Source of the DNA: Octopus sinensis
Lineage: Eukaryota
Assembly: GCF_006345805.1 (NCBI RefSeq)
Contig: NC_042997.1
Location: 67,580,001 to 67,644,000, forward strand
Direction of reading: 5' to 3'
Length of the DNA: 64,000 nucleotides
This document shows, one piece after another, positions 1 to 13,420 of the stretch (position 1 is its first letter; every line of letters begins with the position of its first letter). A model generated the notes under the pieces. The model had not been told where the DNA came from and made no database searches. It worked only from the letters and a program-made list of their open reading frames with translations. A program made the translations under genes and the position numbers.

Positions 1-89
1 TGCTCCACTTGAAAATGACTGATCTGTAAGGACACTAGTAGTAAGGACCCACAGTCTTTCTGAAGGGTGTGCACATGTGCTGCATGAAT

Positions 90-628
90 TCATCATCATC
101 ATCATTGTCGTTTAACATCTGCCTTCCATGCTGGCATGGGTTGGACGGTTTGACTGGGGAGTGGCAAACCAGAAGGCTGTACCAGGTTCCAATCCAAAGT
201 TTCTACAGCTGGATGCCCTCCCTAATGCCAACCACTCTGTTCGAAGGTCATGCTTCACCACCTCAACCCACGTCTTCCTGGGTCTACCTCTTCCACAGGT
301 TTCCTCTACTGCTAGGGTGTGACACTTTTTCACACAGCTGTCCTCATCCATTTGCAACACATGACCAGTGCAGTTGTCTCTCTTGCACATCACATCTGAT
401 GCTTCTTAAGTCCAACCTTTCTCTCAGGGCGCTTACACTCTGTCGTGTATGCACACTGACACTATACACCCAGCAGAGCATACTGGCTTCATTCCTTGCA
501 AACTTACGCATGTCCTCAGCAGTCACAGCCCATGTTTCACTGACATATAGCATGGCTGTCCACACATGTGTCATACACTCTACCTTTTACTCTGAGCGAG
601 AGGCAGAAGCTCTCTGAAATTTGCCCAA
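90..628 (-). mobile_element. RTE-clade LINE, 3' fragment (RT C-terminus + 3'UTR + (ATG)n tail), internally deleted
   Basis: Minus-strand ORFs encode ETWAVTAEDMRKFARNEASML and DEDSCVKKCHTLAVEETCGRGRPRKTW. A (CAT)n tail lies at about 90-105. The same family recurs many times in the window. Confidence 0.85.
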
Positions 629-1405
629 AATAGAAGTTTCAGATTTCAAGAAGTCACATGAGTTAGGTGTTTGTGACAGAAATATTAATGATGGAAATGA
701 GATTACTCAACAAAGGAATGCAAAATCTGACAAGTTATTTCTAAAAAGTAACTGTCATAGTGCTCCTACCTCCTACCAAATTCTAAACTATTAGAAGAAT
801 GTCGATGATTTCTGCCATTTAAGAAATTTCCAGTTATTGAAGACATGCTTTTGTATCTACACAGATGCCTTTCATAATGGCACTAACTCAAATGTTGGAT
901 TTAGTAAACAGTTATAATTATAAAATACTATAACTTGGTTGAGGGTGTATATGCTAGTTACAGTGTATTTAATCCATATTAAGGGATGTGTTTGTATTTG
1001 TTCAATTGTTCTTTTAATGTTTGTTTTGCCATACTGGTATGGCTTGGATGAAAACATATTTGATGTAGGATTTTATACTCAGATGCCATTTTCCAAGTAA
1101 GAGATTCATAGGTCATAGAAAGTGCAGAATGATGAGTTATGTCAACAAGAAATGTAAACTTCATTCAGCATTTTGCTCAAGGAAATCTATAGAGTGTCAA
1201 TATTCACACACACACCTAAATATACAACAGATTTACTATAGCTTCCCTCAACCATATTAACTCACAAGGCATTGGTTAGCCTGGAGCTATAGTAGATTAT
1301 AGGGAGGTACTGCACAGTGGGACTGAATTTGAAACCAAATGGTTGCAAAGAGAACTTCTTAAACACACAGTCTTGCCTGTGCCTTTAAACAGACATTCAC
1401 ACACA

Positions 1406-2342
1406 CAAGGGTGGGCATAAAAGTTCATAGGCTGATTATGAAGGTGTGATGCAAGAACTATGAAATCTTGCATACATTCATTTCAACTCTTCTTATTAAT
1501 AACAGCATTGTTTGTTTCCAAGTAAACTAATATCTGACTGTTCAAAGAAAACTTCAAAACTAGTCTTCACTTGAAAATGGACAAAATCTAGTAATGAAGT
1601 GTTATCAAGTATTCTGCACAATGAATCTGGCATAACAGAGGTTTCTGACTCATGATCAAAACCACAACATGCTGATCACATTACAGGAAAATTTGACATT
1701 GTTTGGGACAGATTATCTGGTTTCCTTGAACGCTTCCTAACCCAGGATCAGTGTTGGGTTCATTACTTTGAGTCAAAGACAAAGAGACAATCCAAGCAGT
1801 GGAAACATTCCTCCTCACCTGCTCCAAAGAAGGCCTATGTCATCTCATCCTCAAGGAAGGTGATAGCATCAGTTTTGGGGATGCTAAAAGCATTGTTTTT
1901 ATTGAAGATCATCAAAAAGGATACTGCATCAATGGAGAATATAATGCTAACTTGCTGAGGCAGTTATGAAAGGCTATCAAGACCAAATGTCCAGGAAAAC
2001 TAACAAATAGGGTCTTGTTTCATCTGGACACTGGTCCAGCACACAAGTCCTTGCTTTCAGTGGCTGCTATGTATGTCTGGTTGACTACCCTCCCTAATCT
2101 CCTGATTTGGCCCCATTTGACTGTCATATGCTTCTCCAAAATGAGACAACACTTGGATGGGAACCTGTATATGCTGTTTTTGCATTTTTTGATGAACAGG
2201 ATGAAAGAGTCTTCATCAATGGGATCCAACAGCGATGGAAGAAGTGAGAGGACAGCAAGAGCAACTATGTTGAAAATAACCTCATCTGGTTGCATTCCAT
2301 GAGAGAATCTTAGCCAGCCTATGAACTTTTCAACTAACTCTT
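1406..2342 (+). mobile_element. Decayed mariner (Tc1/mariner) transposon
   Basis: Degenerate TIRs share AAAAGTTCATAGGCTG (about 1418) and its reverse complement (about 2315). Interrupted reading gives INGEYNANLLRQL*KAIKTKCPGK...VLFHLDTGPAHKS, a mariner catalytic-domain remnant. Confidence 0.75.
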
Positions 2343-2725
2343 TCTCTCTCTGCATTTGTTCCTTTAATGTTTGTTTTTCCATGCTGTAATAGTCAGTCAG
2401 TATAGAACAGTATACATGTTACACAAACACCTTTCTCTTTTTCTATAAATCTAATGGCTTGAGCCAGGGTACTTGTCATGATACTTATGAATCATAAATT
2501 TCTAATTTAACAAAAAGAAATTTTTTATGGCTTGGAAGAAAACATTTGGTGTAGGATTTTATGCCCAGTTGTGTGTGTGTGTGTGTGCGTGCGTGCATAT
2601 TTTAAATACAATATTTATGCAGTGTATTTACTGAATGCTGTGGTACAGTGTTTCTATTAACTTTTACTTTCATAATAATTTAAGGCTGAAAAAAGAAAGA
2701 AAAATGAACAAACAAATGATAATAC

Positions 2726-2769
2726 CTTTTGTATTTCATTAGATAGAGCATTCTCATCTTGTTCTTGAG
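2726..2769 (-). CDS. Miro: Miro (mitochondrial Rho GTPase) coding exon 4, 44 nt: (A)QEQDENALSNEIQK
   Basis: Acceptor tttttactgttgcag and donor AAG|gtatta. Phase 1 to phase 0 continues the frame of exon 3. Aligns by eye with RHOT1 EAEQSDEQLHQEISQ. Confidence 0.9.
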
Positions 2770-2974
2770 CTGCAACAGTAAAAATCAGAATTAAAATGAT
2801 GGAACAAAGCTGTATATAGATACATGGAGACAATAGAATAACAATATTTGAAATTTATATATATTTCTATCCTTTCCAATTCAAGCTAATATGGACATGA
2901 TGACAATAATGTAATTCTAGGATATAACTAATGCTACATTATAGTTATGTAATTCTATGTTAATCTTTTAATCT

Positions 2975-3180
2975 TTTACTTGTTTCAAACTGCAGTCATA
3001 CTGGGGCACCACCTAGAAGAATTTTAGTCAGTTAAATGACACCAGGACATATTTTTTTGAAGCCTGGTACTTATCCTATCGGTCTCTTTTACCAAGCCAC
3101 TAAGTTACAGAGATGTAAACACACCAACAGCAGTAGACAAGAAGTGGTGGTGGCAAACAAACACAGACACAAAGCTAGCA
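2975..3180 (-). mobile_element. 3' half of a tRNA-headed SINE, split from its head (about 4400-4560) by an RTE insertion
   Basis: Matches the 3' half of the full-length copy at 23030-23465 (cttttacttgtttc...ggtacttatcctatcggtc...acaaacacagacaca). Confidence 0.7.
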
Positions 3181-3196
3181 CTCTCTCTCTCTTTAT

Positions 3197-4308
3197 ATCA
3201 TCATCATCATCGTTTAGTGTCCGTTTTCCATGCTAGCATGGGTTGGACGGTTCTACTGGGGTCTGTGAAGCCAGAAGGCTTCATCAGGCCCAGTCAAATC
3301 TGGCAGTGTTTCTACGGCTGGATGCCCTTCCTAACGCCAACCACTCCGTGAGTGTAGTGGGTGCTTTTTTACGTGCCACCCGCACAGGTGCCAGACAGAG
3401 CTGGCAAACGGCCACAAACGGATGGTGCTTTTTATGTGCCACCGGCATGGGGGCCAGGCGAGGCTGGCTACGGACACGAACGGATGGTGCTTTTTACGTG
3501 CCACCGGCACGAGGCCAGTCGGGGCGGCGCTGGTAACGGTCACGAAACGGAAGGTTCTCTTACATGCCACCGGCACTGGTAACACATCTGCAATTTCCAT
3601 TGATCGATTTCGATTCTGATCCTCACTTGCCTCAACAGGTCTTCAAAAGTAGAGTTTTGTGTCCCAAGAAGGGAAGTTATGCATACGTAGGCTGGCTCCA
3701 TCCCATGTAGAAGGCCACGGGTTATGGACTCACTTGTCCTGCCAGGTCTTCTCACGCACAGCACACTTCCAGAGGACTCGGTCTCTAGTCATTTCCTCAG
3801 TGAGACCTAAAGTTCGAAGGTCGTGCTTCACCACCTCGTCCCAGGTTTTCCTGCGTCTGCCTCTTCCGCAGATTCCCTCAACCGCTAGGGTGTGGCACTT
3901 TTTCACACAACTATCTTCATCCATTCTCGCCACATGACCATACCAGCGCAAACGTCTCTCTTGCACACCACAACTGATGCTTCTTAGGTCCAGCTTTTCT
4001 CTCAAGGTACTTACACTCTGCCGAGTATGAGTACTGACATTACACATCCATCGGAGCATACTGGCTTCATTTCTTGCGAGCTTACGCATATCCTCAGCAG
4101 TCATGGCCCATGTTTCACTGCCATGTAGCATGGCTGTTCGTACACACGCATCATACAGTCTGCCTTTCACTCTGTGCGAGAGGCCTTTTGTCACCAGCAG
4201 AGGTAAGAGCTCTCTGAACTTTGCCCAAGCTATTCTTACTCTAGCAGTTACACTTTCAGCACACCCGCCCCCGCTGCTGACTTGGTCACCTAGGTAACGG
4301 AAACTATC

Positions 4309-4310
<2 letters not shown>
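3197..4310 (-). mobile_element. RTE-clade LINE, 5'-truncated (RT C-terminus + full 3'UTR with tandem repeats)
   Basis: ORF 3730-4401 encodes VDSFRYLGDQVSSGGGC...RLRWYGHVARMDEDSCVKKC...GRGRRRKTWDEVV. The 3'UTR carries about 60-nt repeats, and a (CAT)n tail is at about 3197. Confidence 0.93.
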
Positions 4311-4355
<45 letters not shown>

Positions 4356-4399
4356 CACACACACACACACACACACACCACACACACACACACACACAC

Positions 4400-4560
4400 A
4401 TGGATTTCTTTCAATTTCCATCTACCAAATCCACTCACAAGATTTTGCTCAGCTCAAGGTTATAGTAGATGAAACTTGTCCAAGGTGTCCTGCAATGAGA
4501 CTGAACCTGGAACCATATGGTTGGGAAGCAAACTTCTTACCACACAGCTACACCTGTACC
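4400..4560 (-). mobile_element. 5' (tRNA-derived) head of a SINE
   Basis: Matches 23310-23465 (tttctttcaatttccatctaccaaatccactcacaag...cttaccacacagc). Confidence 0.75.
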
Positions 4561-5119
4561 TGTTGTACTTTTTTTTTATATAACTAGAAAGAAGAAATTA
4601 GGGTAATGCATATCTGTAAAATAAGGTTTTGAGGAGACAATTGGTTATTCAAACATTTGTTATCTTATAGCTTGATTCTTCTAATTTCAATCACTCTATC
4701 ATTAATAAGATTCAATACTGCAAGCATGTATTTCATGCATGTAAGAAATGAAAAAGTACCCCAAGCAGATTGCATAAATTTACTTTGTGGTTTCACCACA
4801 CCTTAACAAAACTGGACTTAGGCAGCTCAGAGGAAGTAAGATTGAAAAAAGTTGATATATACTAGATTGTTGGGGAGGACATCAAATACAAATCAAAGGC
4901 AAAAATGAAAATTCTAATGGGAGTTCTTGTAAATTCTAATTGAGTTCAATCATGAGTCTGATAGTATAATGAATTAACTACCATCTCTTCAGCTTGCGGT
5001 TTCAATCTTCACCTTCTTACATATTTATTAACAATATACAGAAGATTTAGGTGCAGTGGACATCAATTAATAATGGAGAAAAATAAACTATTGCGTTAAA
5101 CTGTCTGGTTTATCATTAA

Positions 5120-5336
5120 CCCTTTAGCATTCAGATTTCTCTATCAAATGTAATGCTTATTTATTCATATTGTTTTGAATTAACTATGCAGCTCGTGGCT
5201 TCAATATTTTAATGGTGTGTTTGCATAAATTTAGAAAGACATTGTAGGATGGGTGTGAGAGGTTGGATCTAGTTCATTTTAATTATAAAACAAGTAGAAT
5301 ATTTGGGCAGATGTGACCAGAGTAAATGCTAAAAGG
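5120..5336. mobile_element. TTAA-flanked MITE with piggyBac-type ends
   Basis: TTAA|CCCTTTAGCATT...AATGCTAAAAGG|TTAA. Related copies are at 12653-13095 and 52586-52805. Confidence 0.8.
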
Positions 5337-5780
5337 TTAATGACCTTTAACATTTTCCTTGCAGTACAAGAATATATAGAAAAGAAAAGTATTAAAAAGC
5401 AATGCTATGAAGTTTTGAAAAGGATTGAAAGTATTTTATGCAATATTCTGACAGGAAATGAAATGTAACCAAAAGTGTTTCAATTATAACTGAACCAGCT
5501 AAAAAGGCACTTTATTTTATTTTGATAATTTTATTAAAAATCCTCAATATTAAATATTCATTTCTCCAAGGTGATATGAATTAGATTAATCAGCAGCACA
5601 ATAGTACAATTTGGTTACTACATCTGATCGTCAATAATACCAACCAATCATCCAATCAAAGATAAATGACCAAAAAATGAATTTCTAAAGTGTAGGTATA
5701 ACATACTTTAAAAAAGAAATTCTAAGATTATTAGGAAATAAACAAATGTATATGATCAAAGTACATTCTTATGGAAGTTA

Positions 5781-5885
<105 letters not shown>

Positions 5886-6805
5886 CTACAGAAAAATTCC
5901 AAGAACTAGTCAACAAATCTCAACCCAAATAGAAAATAAGAGAAAGTATTTTTTCCCTTAAATCAACTGTTTTTAGCAATAACCATAAACATGAAAAGAA
6001 TCAAAAGCGAACAAGAAAACTTCAAACAATATACAACATGGAAATTGATTTAAGTAACCAAATTAGATATTATTTATGAATACTTGATAAAAAGATTCTT
6101 CATAGGAGTTAGCAATGAAACATGACATGAAATGAACATTTTTCTTTTGTTCATTTGTTTTTATATCCATTACACAATGATATTCTTTCAGTTTACATTT
6201 ACTAAATTCATTCACAAGGCTTTGATCAGCTTGGGACTACAGCAGAAGATATTTTGCTCAAAGTACCACACAATGGGACTGAATCCAAAATTACATGGTG
6301 AAGAAACAAACTTTTCAACCAAATAGCTAAGCCCACACCTTAATGTTTTTAAACAATTATTGTTAATAAACAATTATTTTTAGTATCAATAATCATACAG
6401 TGATAACAACTACAGCTGTCCCTTAAAGTTATGAAGCCAATCATTTCTTTGTGAAATACTGTAATAACATTCCATGTATCAATCTCACTTTTTTTTTACT
6501 GGAGAAAGAGCCTGACCCCGAAGTGTCATTAGTTTCCTTTCTACATGGCAATTAAGCTTATTTTTAATAAACTACAATTTCTTTTAGATTACTTCTTGTT
6601 GATGCAGAACCATACTGGATTCCTCTGATTCTGGATTTTACTTTATGATTAATGACATGGAGAAGATGGGCAATTTTGTTGTTGTCTAACTGCAAGCCAT
6701 CTCTAGTTGAATAGAATGATGGCACAAAGGCAGTTGAATGAATAACTAGGTGCAATCCAGATATAACATACCCTTCTGACATAAATATATGGATGCAGTT
6801 TTTAA

Positions 6806-7025
6806 CCCTTTTCATACCAACCCACCTGAAACTGCCATTGGTTCAATGATACAAACTCCCAGTTTTAAAGAGATCTAAATTAAAACCTTCCATCATAATT
6901 TTATGCTAATCTATGTTCAAAATACCCGCTTAATAAAGACAGTTATTTTATTAAATCCTTAATTATTTCCAAAATTAATTGAAAGAAGGACAGCATATTT
7001 CAACAGAAATATGGTAACAAAAGGG
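6806..7025. mobile_element. Second TTAA-flanked MITE family with piggyBac-type ends
   Basis: TTAA|CCCTTTTCATACC...GGTAACAAAAGGG|TTAA. A truncated relative in reverse orientation lies at about 24400-24600. Confidence 0.75.
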
Positions 7026-8686
7026 TTAATAACACAAATTACTTATAATAATAATAAATTTCCAATACAAAACATTTGTTTACATGAAGAGGACATTTTT
7101 AAATATAGTCATTTTAAATGTAGGGCATTTTTAAATATAATCATACAAGGTATTTTTTAATATAATCATTTGTTAAATTTTGATTTTCCTTTAAACGTTA
7201 TACTTTTTAATTTAATTATTTCCATTAATTATGGTATCAAATCTATTTGGTTGAAGAATATTCAATAATATATTTAGATAGAAAACTGAATATACCCTTG
7301 TTTTGAGCTGAACCTTTATTTTTTTGATGCAACCACTGAGAAAGGCATTGGCAAAATTGTCTCTTTTCTCATCTCTGGAGAAACTTATAGAATATGTGTT
7401 GTGATTGAAAGAAATTATTCAAAATTTCTATTTTATACTTTTAAGTCATTCAAAATTAAACAGTGGAAAGAGTGTTTTTCATATATGTAAGATGATTAGC
7501 TGATTCCCTTTCATAGTATTGTCAAACAGGAGTAAAAACATCACATATTGTATACAACTGTTGAGAAAACATTATACTGCAAAATACCATAGTTTCACCA
7601 TCATCACTTTACATCACTTTAACATCCAGTTTTCCATGCTTGCATGAGTTAGACAGGATTTAGTGAGGCAATTTTCTATAACCAGATATCCTTACTGTTG
7701 CTGACTTTCACCTGTTTCTGAGCAAGGTGATATTTCCCCTTTCACAGAAGATTAAAAACAAATGACAAAGTTCGTATGACAATGACACTTGTTTACAACT
7801 CTCATGCAATATCATAATAAAGAAACACAAACACAACAGACTTCTTTCAGATTCTGTCTACCAAATCCACTCACACAGCTTTGGGCAGCCCAAGGTGACA
7901 GTAGAAGGCACTTGCCCAAGATGATGTGCAGTGGAATTGAACTCAAAATATGGTTGGGAAGCAAACTTTTTAACCACATAGCCATATTGCACCTAAACTT
8001 AGAGTTAATTAGTTCTTTGTCTTTAATGAAGCTATTAGTTAATAATAATAAAATGCTTAATTAGCATAGCTATTAACCTAAGGATAGTAAGTAGTAACTT
8101 CAGTCACTACAGGATATGATGACCCTGCCTGACATGAGTCCCACCTTCAGCTGACAGCACCTGGTATAGGGCCCAGTCTAGGGTTACAGAACCCTAACTA
8201 ATGGGTAAACAAATGCTTTGGTTTGAGAGAAAATGCTATGGAGTAAACTTTATAAATCTTTTTAAAAGAGCTCTTAAGGCAGACTGATATTCAATTTGAC
8301 ACTGTTCCAGAACTCCAGAGCCAAATCTACTCCCCTACACTCCTCTGGACCACACTAATGAAACCAAAAGAAACAGCCTGAATCTGAGCAATCCTGGATC
8401 TCCATACACCCAACTTAGACTTGTACACTAGATTGGTCATTGACTGGCCAGAAGTGCAAAACTACATTGTCTCTTGAGACAGATGGGTGTCAAAGAAAAT
8501 AGTATTGTAACTAAAATTTCTACTGCATTCTTTATTTTTTTTCACCTTCAGATTTTAGTAGTGGTCAAAAATTTTCAATTACTCTTAAATCTCTTCACAT
8601 GTGGAGGTTAAGCAGTTTAAGGATTCACTACTTACTCGGCAATGCAAAAACGAAAATATGAAATAAGAAAATTATAACAGACTAAC

Positions 8687-8745
8687 CTCTTCTGGAAATT
8701 CTTCACTAACTAGGGAAAGAATTAGAGATGTCTTTCCCACAGAAA
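8687..8745 (-). CDS. Miro: Miro coding exon 2, 59 nt: (L)SVGKTSLILSLVSEEFPEE (P-loop)
   Basis: Matches RHOT1 RVGKTSLIMSLVSEEFPEE. Acceptor ttatttttgcag and donor GAG|gttagt. Phase 1 to phase 0. Confidence 0.96.
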
Positions 8746-8985
8746 CTGCAAAAATAAAGAAGATATTAGTTGAGACACATTCATTATATAACATACATAT
8801 ATACATTGTATATTTATATTATCATTTGTTTTTATGTTGAGTTATAAAAATTTTTTACATTAAACTGAAGAACACAATACTTTTTGTAGAATATATATTT
8901 ATTATACTTTTACAAGAAAATTGGTGACATTGACTTCAAAGGTTCGGACTGCTAACCTTAGAGTCACCACTCTTCTTATAAAAGC

Positions 8986-9020
<35 letters not shown>

Positions 9021-9372
9021 ATGCACATGTGTGTGTGTGTAATTTTTTGGATCAATGAGTATATGTCAATTAGTGTGTTGGGTAAAGCACATTCACAGTT
9101 TGGGCTACTTGGTATCATCTACAGTTGGGATATGGTTTCCCCTGGATCTACATCAGGAATTCCACAGTGTTAGTTGAGATAATAACAACTGATGAAGGAA
9201 ATGGAAGATAGATTTAGCACTAGTATTTATTCAGTACAACAATCGTTTCAACTCATCCTGCAACTGTCCCTTATGGGTAGGATATTGTGCATCTAATTGT
9301 GTTGCATCAATCTGTGCAGTTTGTGTCATATCAGGTTCATGCATAAAGAAGGGGATGTAGCTCTAGATATAC

Positions 9373-9413
9373 TGGGTTCTCCTAGGCATGAACAACTTGC
9401 CTAGGAGAACCCA
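9373..9413. repeat. Perfect 16-bp inverted repeat with a 9-nt loop
   Basis: TGGGTTCTCCTAGGCA-tgaacaact-TGCCTAGGAGAACCCA, read directly from the sequence. Confidence 0.95.
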
Positions 9414-10249
9414 TTAATTTGTGTACCCTAAAGGTTAAAGTTTAGATATTGTTTCTAAATACTAATATCAAACCAACAAGGAAAGCGCTATGCAATCACT
9501 CAATCTGCTAGAAATAGCAGCTGAATCTTCCACAAATCACAACCTTGTCTTTATTTTTAAAAACAAACCATTGGATAACATAATCCTAGATACATTGGGT
9601 CTCAAAACAGATGGGACAGTTAAAGCTAAAGTGCCTTTAATCATAGGTCTGCATAACCAGGACTGATCTGGAACTAAACAACAGTAGCTCATTAATGGTA
9701 TTATTTAGGAAGTTCTAAAATGAAGGAAAAATTTGATGCCTTAATTGATTCACATTATTCCTTTGCGAAAAAGCATGGCAAATAAACCAATGATTATTGT
9801 AATTATTGAATTGAGCTTACTGTAATTATTGTAACTCATTTTAGTTTAAATTATCATTGTATGCAAACAAAACAAAATTAGATAACTTTTATATATTATT
9901 ACAATCAATGAACAATGTCACAAGTTGGTAGATACAGTAGAGTATGGACTAAATAACTTGTTGCATTTACTTAGTTCCTCTGAATTCTAAGTATTTTTTT
10001 TCTTTTTTTTTTATGGCAGTTAGAGTAACACACTGATACTATTCAATCAAATTACATGATACCCTTTCAAGAATTAGCCTTGTAATAGTTAAAAGAAATC
10101 AACAAATATCTATGCAGAAGACATTTACATAATTGAAGAAAGTATTAGTAACTGCTACCCTATACACCCCAGAAAGTTAAAAAGAAAACTGGACCTCAGA
10201 CAACTAACTACCACAAACTATTTTCTCAGCGGCTCTAACAATTCTGCTA

Positions 10250-10660
10250 GCCACCACTCTACCTAGTAAAGAGAACAAAAATGGAAAACATTTGGGACAG
10301 TGCTGCTGCCCAGTAGAGCCAGGATGGTGCTATTGCCACTCATGCATAGACAGCTTAGATCACAACTTGAGAAAAGCCACTTGTTAGTTTGGCCTAAAAT
10401 CACACAGACATCCTCCAGCATCTGGCCCATAAGTGTGCTGTCTCCTCCCTATGTTTTTCCATCACTATTATAATGGTCCTGGATCCTAGGAGTTGGCTGA
10501 CATTGTGCTTCCTTCACTCATGCACTTTTGGTTCACTCTTTTCTCATCAAGTCTTGTTGTGCCTCATCCCCATCCCACCACTGGTCCCACACCAACCACT
10601 GTGCCTAGTCTTTTCTCCTCGGTACCTAAGCCCTCTGGATTCTCCTCTCTACTCATATCT
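10250..10660 (+). mobile_element. CR1/L2-like LINE 3' ORF remnant
   Basis: Interrupted reading resembles LQHLAH..AVSSLC.F..YYNG...ELADIVLPS...S.F.PR, typical of a CR1-group C-terminus. Confidence 0.5.
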
Positions 10661-11799
10661 TTCCTACAGGTGTAACATTAACAACATTATTCTCGCCCAT
10701 TTTGGAGAACCTAAGACCATTGCTCCTTCCTCAGATCCACATTAAATTTCTAATTTAACAAAAAAAATATTATACAAAATGTTGAAAACTATAGAAATGA
10801 TAACAGGGAATATAAGTACCAAATGACTCATTCCAATCAACTTTTGCTGACAAACATGGAGATAAGTCAAGTTGTTATGGCGGTTTGTTTTTAATTTCTC
10901 TCTCATTTTAAACAATATTTTAAATTTCTATCATTAAATTAACTTTTCTCCCTACTAAACTATGAATACATTTTTACCCATGCTTATTATTCAACAAAGT
11001 TTTGTTTTAAATACCAGCCACACCTGTCTCTTGGAGGAATAAATTACTCAGTTGCTTGTGTTTATGCCATGTCAGTCAGTAGCTAGTTTCTTTTCATTCA
11101 ACCAGTTTTTCTCTCACTTAATAACTTATTCTATTCCCTTTCCCTTTTCTCTTTTATACACCATCTACCTATTCCATTCCCCTTTCCTTCTCTCTTTGAT
11201 TCCACTCTATTCATTTCTTATTCATCAACTCCTCATATTACATTGAAGAAAACCTGTGTACAAAATTAGACACTTCAAATGTCTGATTTTACCTTCTCTT
11301 GTTTAACATTCAGCAATCTCACATTCTTCTTTCTCACAATATAATGGTAGGTAGAGATGTTCCAAAATGAGCTAAATACATTTGTAAATCTCTCAAGGAA
11401 ATAAATACATATATAGGGGAAAAAAATTTACTTTAAATTTAAATGCATGCAAACTTGCATATACATAAAATTGTGTAATCATTCTGAATGAAACATGTTT
11501 GACCATATCTATACTGTATAGACTTTAGAGTTCTCTCTCTCTCTCTCTCTCCCATCATTTATCATCAGTACCAGGGGGTTGTCTTATTCCCAGCAAATAG
11601 AAAGGGGAACAAATAAAAGAGAACTAAACCAAAAGAGTAGTAAAAAAAAGAGTAATGAAAGAGTAAAGATTAATGAAAGAGAGTTTACATGATGATTTGG
11701 TTATGAGATTGAATAGAAACATCATAAAGAACAATGTGAATGAAAACAGAGAAATAAGAGGGAGAGAGATGGATGTCATCAAAGAATGATAGAAGAGGA

Positions 11800-13420
11800 A
11801 CTAAAGTGAGGGAGTGATGGATAGCACTCTGTACACAATTTGTAAAATGCTCACAAGCCATTCTTCTATGCCTACTTTTGTTAATAACCAATTGACTGTA
11901 GGCATGGACCCCTGGCAAAGGCCTTCTCCAGACCAATAGAAGTAGTTAGTTCTTAATCATGAACTTCTGTGTTGAATCAATAGGAAGGGGTTACAGGTTC
12001 TACTTAACGAGTGATAAAAAATTTTTTAAATGGTGGTAAGGTAGGGACTGAATACATATCTGTGCAATACTATCCCTCATTATACAGGTGGTATGACAGA
12101 AAAGAGATAAAATAATAAAGCAATAGAACATTGATAGGAGAGGGGTTGTGTCATAGATAAAATAAGTAAAAAGAAAGGGAGAGCAACAGAGACTTACTGT
12201 ATGCATGACAGCAGTGAGAGACTCAAATATAGATATTATACATCTTGTCCAACACCCCTACTAACAACATTTTTGCATACATTTTTCCATGTTTGTATGT
12301 AAATGTCTTCCAGAGCTCTCGCAAGTTATTCATCTTCCCCCAGTTTTCTAAATAACAACCAAACTGTAGGACATGAAATTGTCTAAATATAGGTAGAGTG
12401 GCTTGCACTTAAGTATTTTTGTACCTTGTCAATACTAATTCTCTTCCTAAGTAGTTGTGCCATAACTTATCCAGTAACTTTCATAATCTCATCTGTCAAC
12501 TTGTTGCGTCTGTAGTTGCCCCACTTTAGAATATTTCCTTTGCTCATGTAGCAAAAGATAATATTGCTTTGTTTTGCAGGGTATGACACCTTTCTATATT
12601 ACCTAACTTATGCCAGTGACTAATCCATGACCTACTTAGCCAGATATTTTAACCATTTAGTATTTATATTATTCTATCAAATGTAATGCTTATTTAATCA
12701 CATTATTTTCAATTAATCATGCATTATCTTGTAGCTTTGAGATTTTGATGATGCCATCAACATCATCGTTAAATGTCCGTTTTCCATGCTGGCATGGGTT
12801 GGACGGTTTAACTGATGTCTGGAGAGCCAGTGGCTACACCAGGCTCCAATCTGATCTGGCAATATTTCTACAGCTGGATGCCCTTCCTAACGCCATCCAC
12901 TCTGAGAGTGTATTGGGTGCTTTGTATGTGCCACCAGCACAGAAGCCATTCAGGTGGGCCTAGCATTGATCACATTGTGATTGTTTTTTTTATAATGACA
13001 TTCTAAGATAGGTATCAGAGGTTGGATCTGGTTGTTTTGAACATAAAGCAAGTAGAATATTTGGACTGGATATGGCTAGTTTAAATGCTAAAGGGTTAAG
13101 CATCTCAGCAATTACCCCTGATGATTCAACTGTCTTCCTTGATTTCATATCCTTAACTGCACTTTCATCTATATGGTTGCCAATTTCAATGGCTGGTCCT
13201 ATTTACTCTATTTGAGGTAGAGCTTTACTTATTTATACATTCCATTATTTAACAACTTATTGTAATAACATTTCTATGCCTCCTCCTTTTCAGCAGCAGT
13301 GAGATCAAGTGCACCATTATCATTCTATACATACTTCTAAAAGATGCCTCAATTTCCTTGCAAATCCTAACACCACAGGCTTTCGTATGCAGAAAATTTT
13401 AAGATTTAGCAATGTCATTT
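11800..13420 (-). mobile_element. Old fragmented RTE LINE interrupted by a MITE
   Basis: GLEKAFARV / KVGIEEWLVSILQ remnants at about 11850-11940 and GPAIEIG..AVKDMKS..SGVIAEML at about 13100-13200. Confidence 0.5.
12653..13095. mobile_element. TTAA MITE (family of 5120-5336) carrying a nested RTE 3'UTR (about 12752-12985, minus strand)
   Basis: TTAA at 12649-52 and 13096-99. The halves match 5120-5336, and the RTE tail is inserted at a gatgatg site. Confidence 0.75.

Noticed and set aside
1-2725. Miro exon 5 (expected ANVICIVY-like)
   Set aside because: No matching segment with splice sites was found by eye. It probably lies left of the window.
9192-9250. Hammerhead at CTGATGAAGG
   Set aside because: No stem II or GAAA at a compatible distance.
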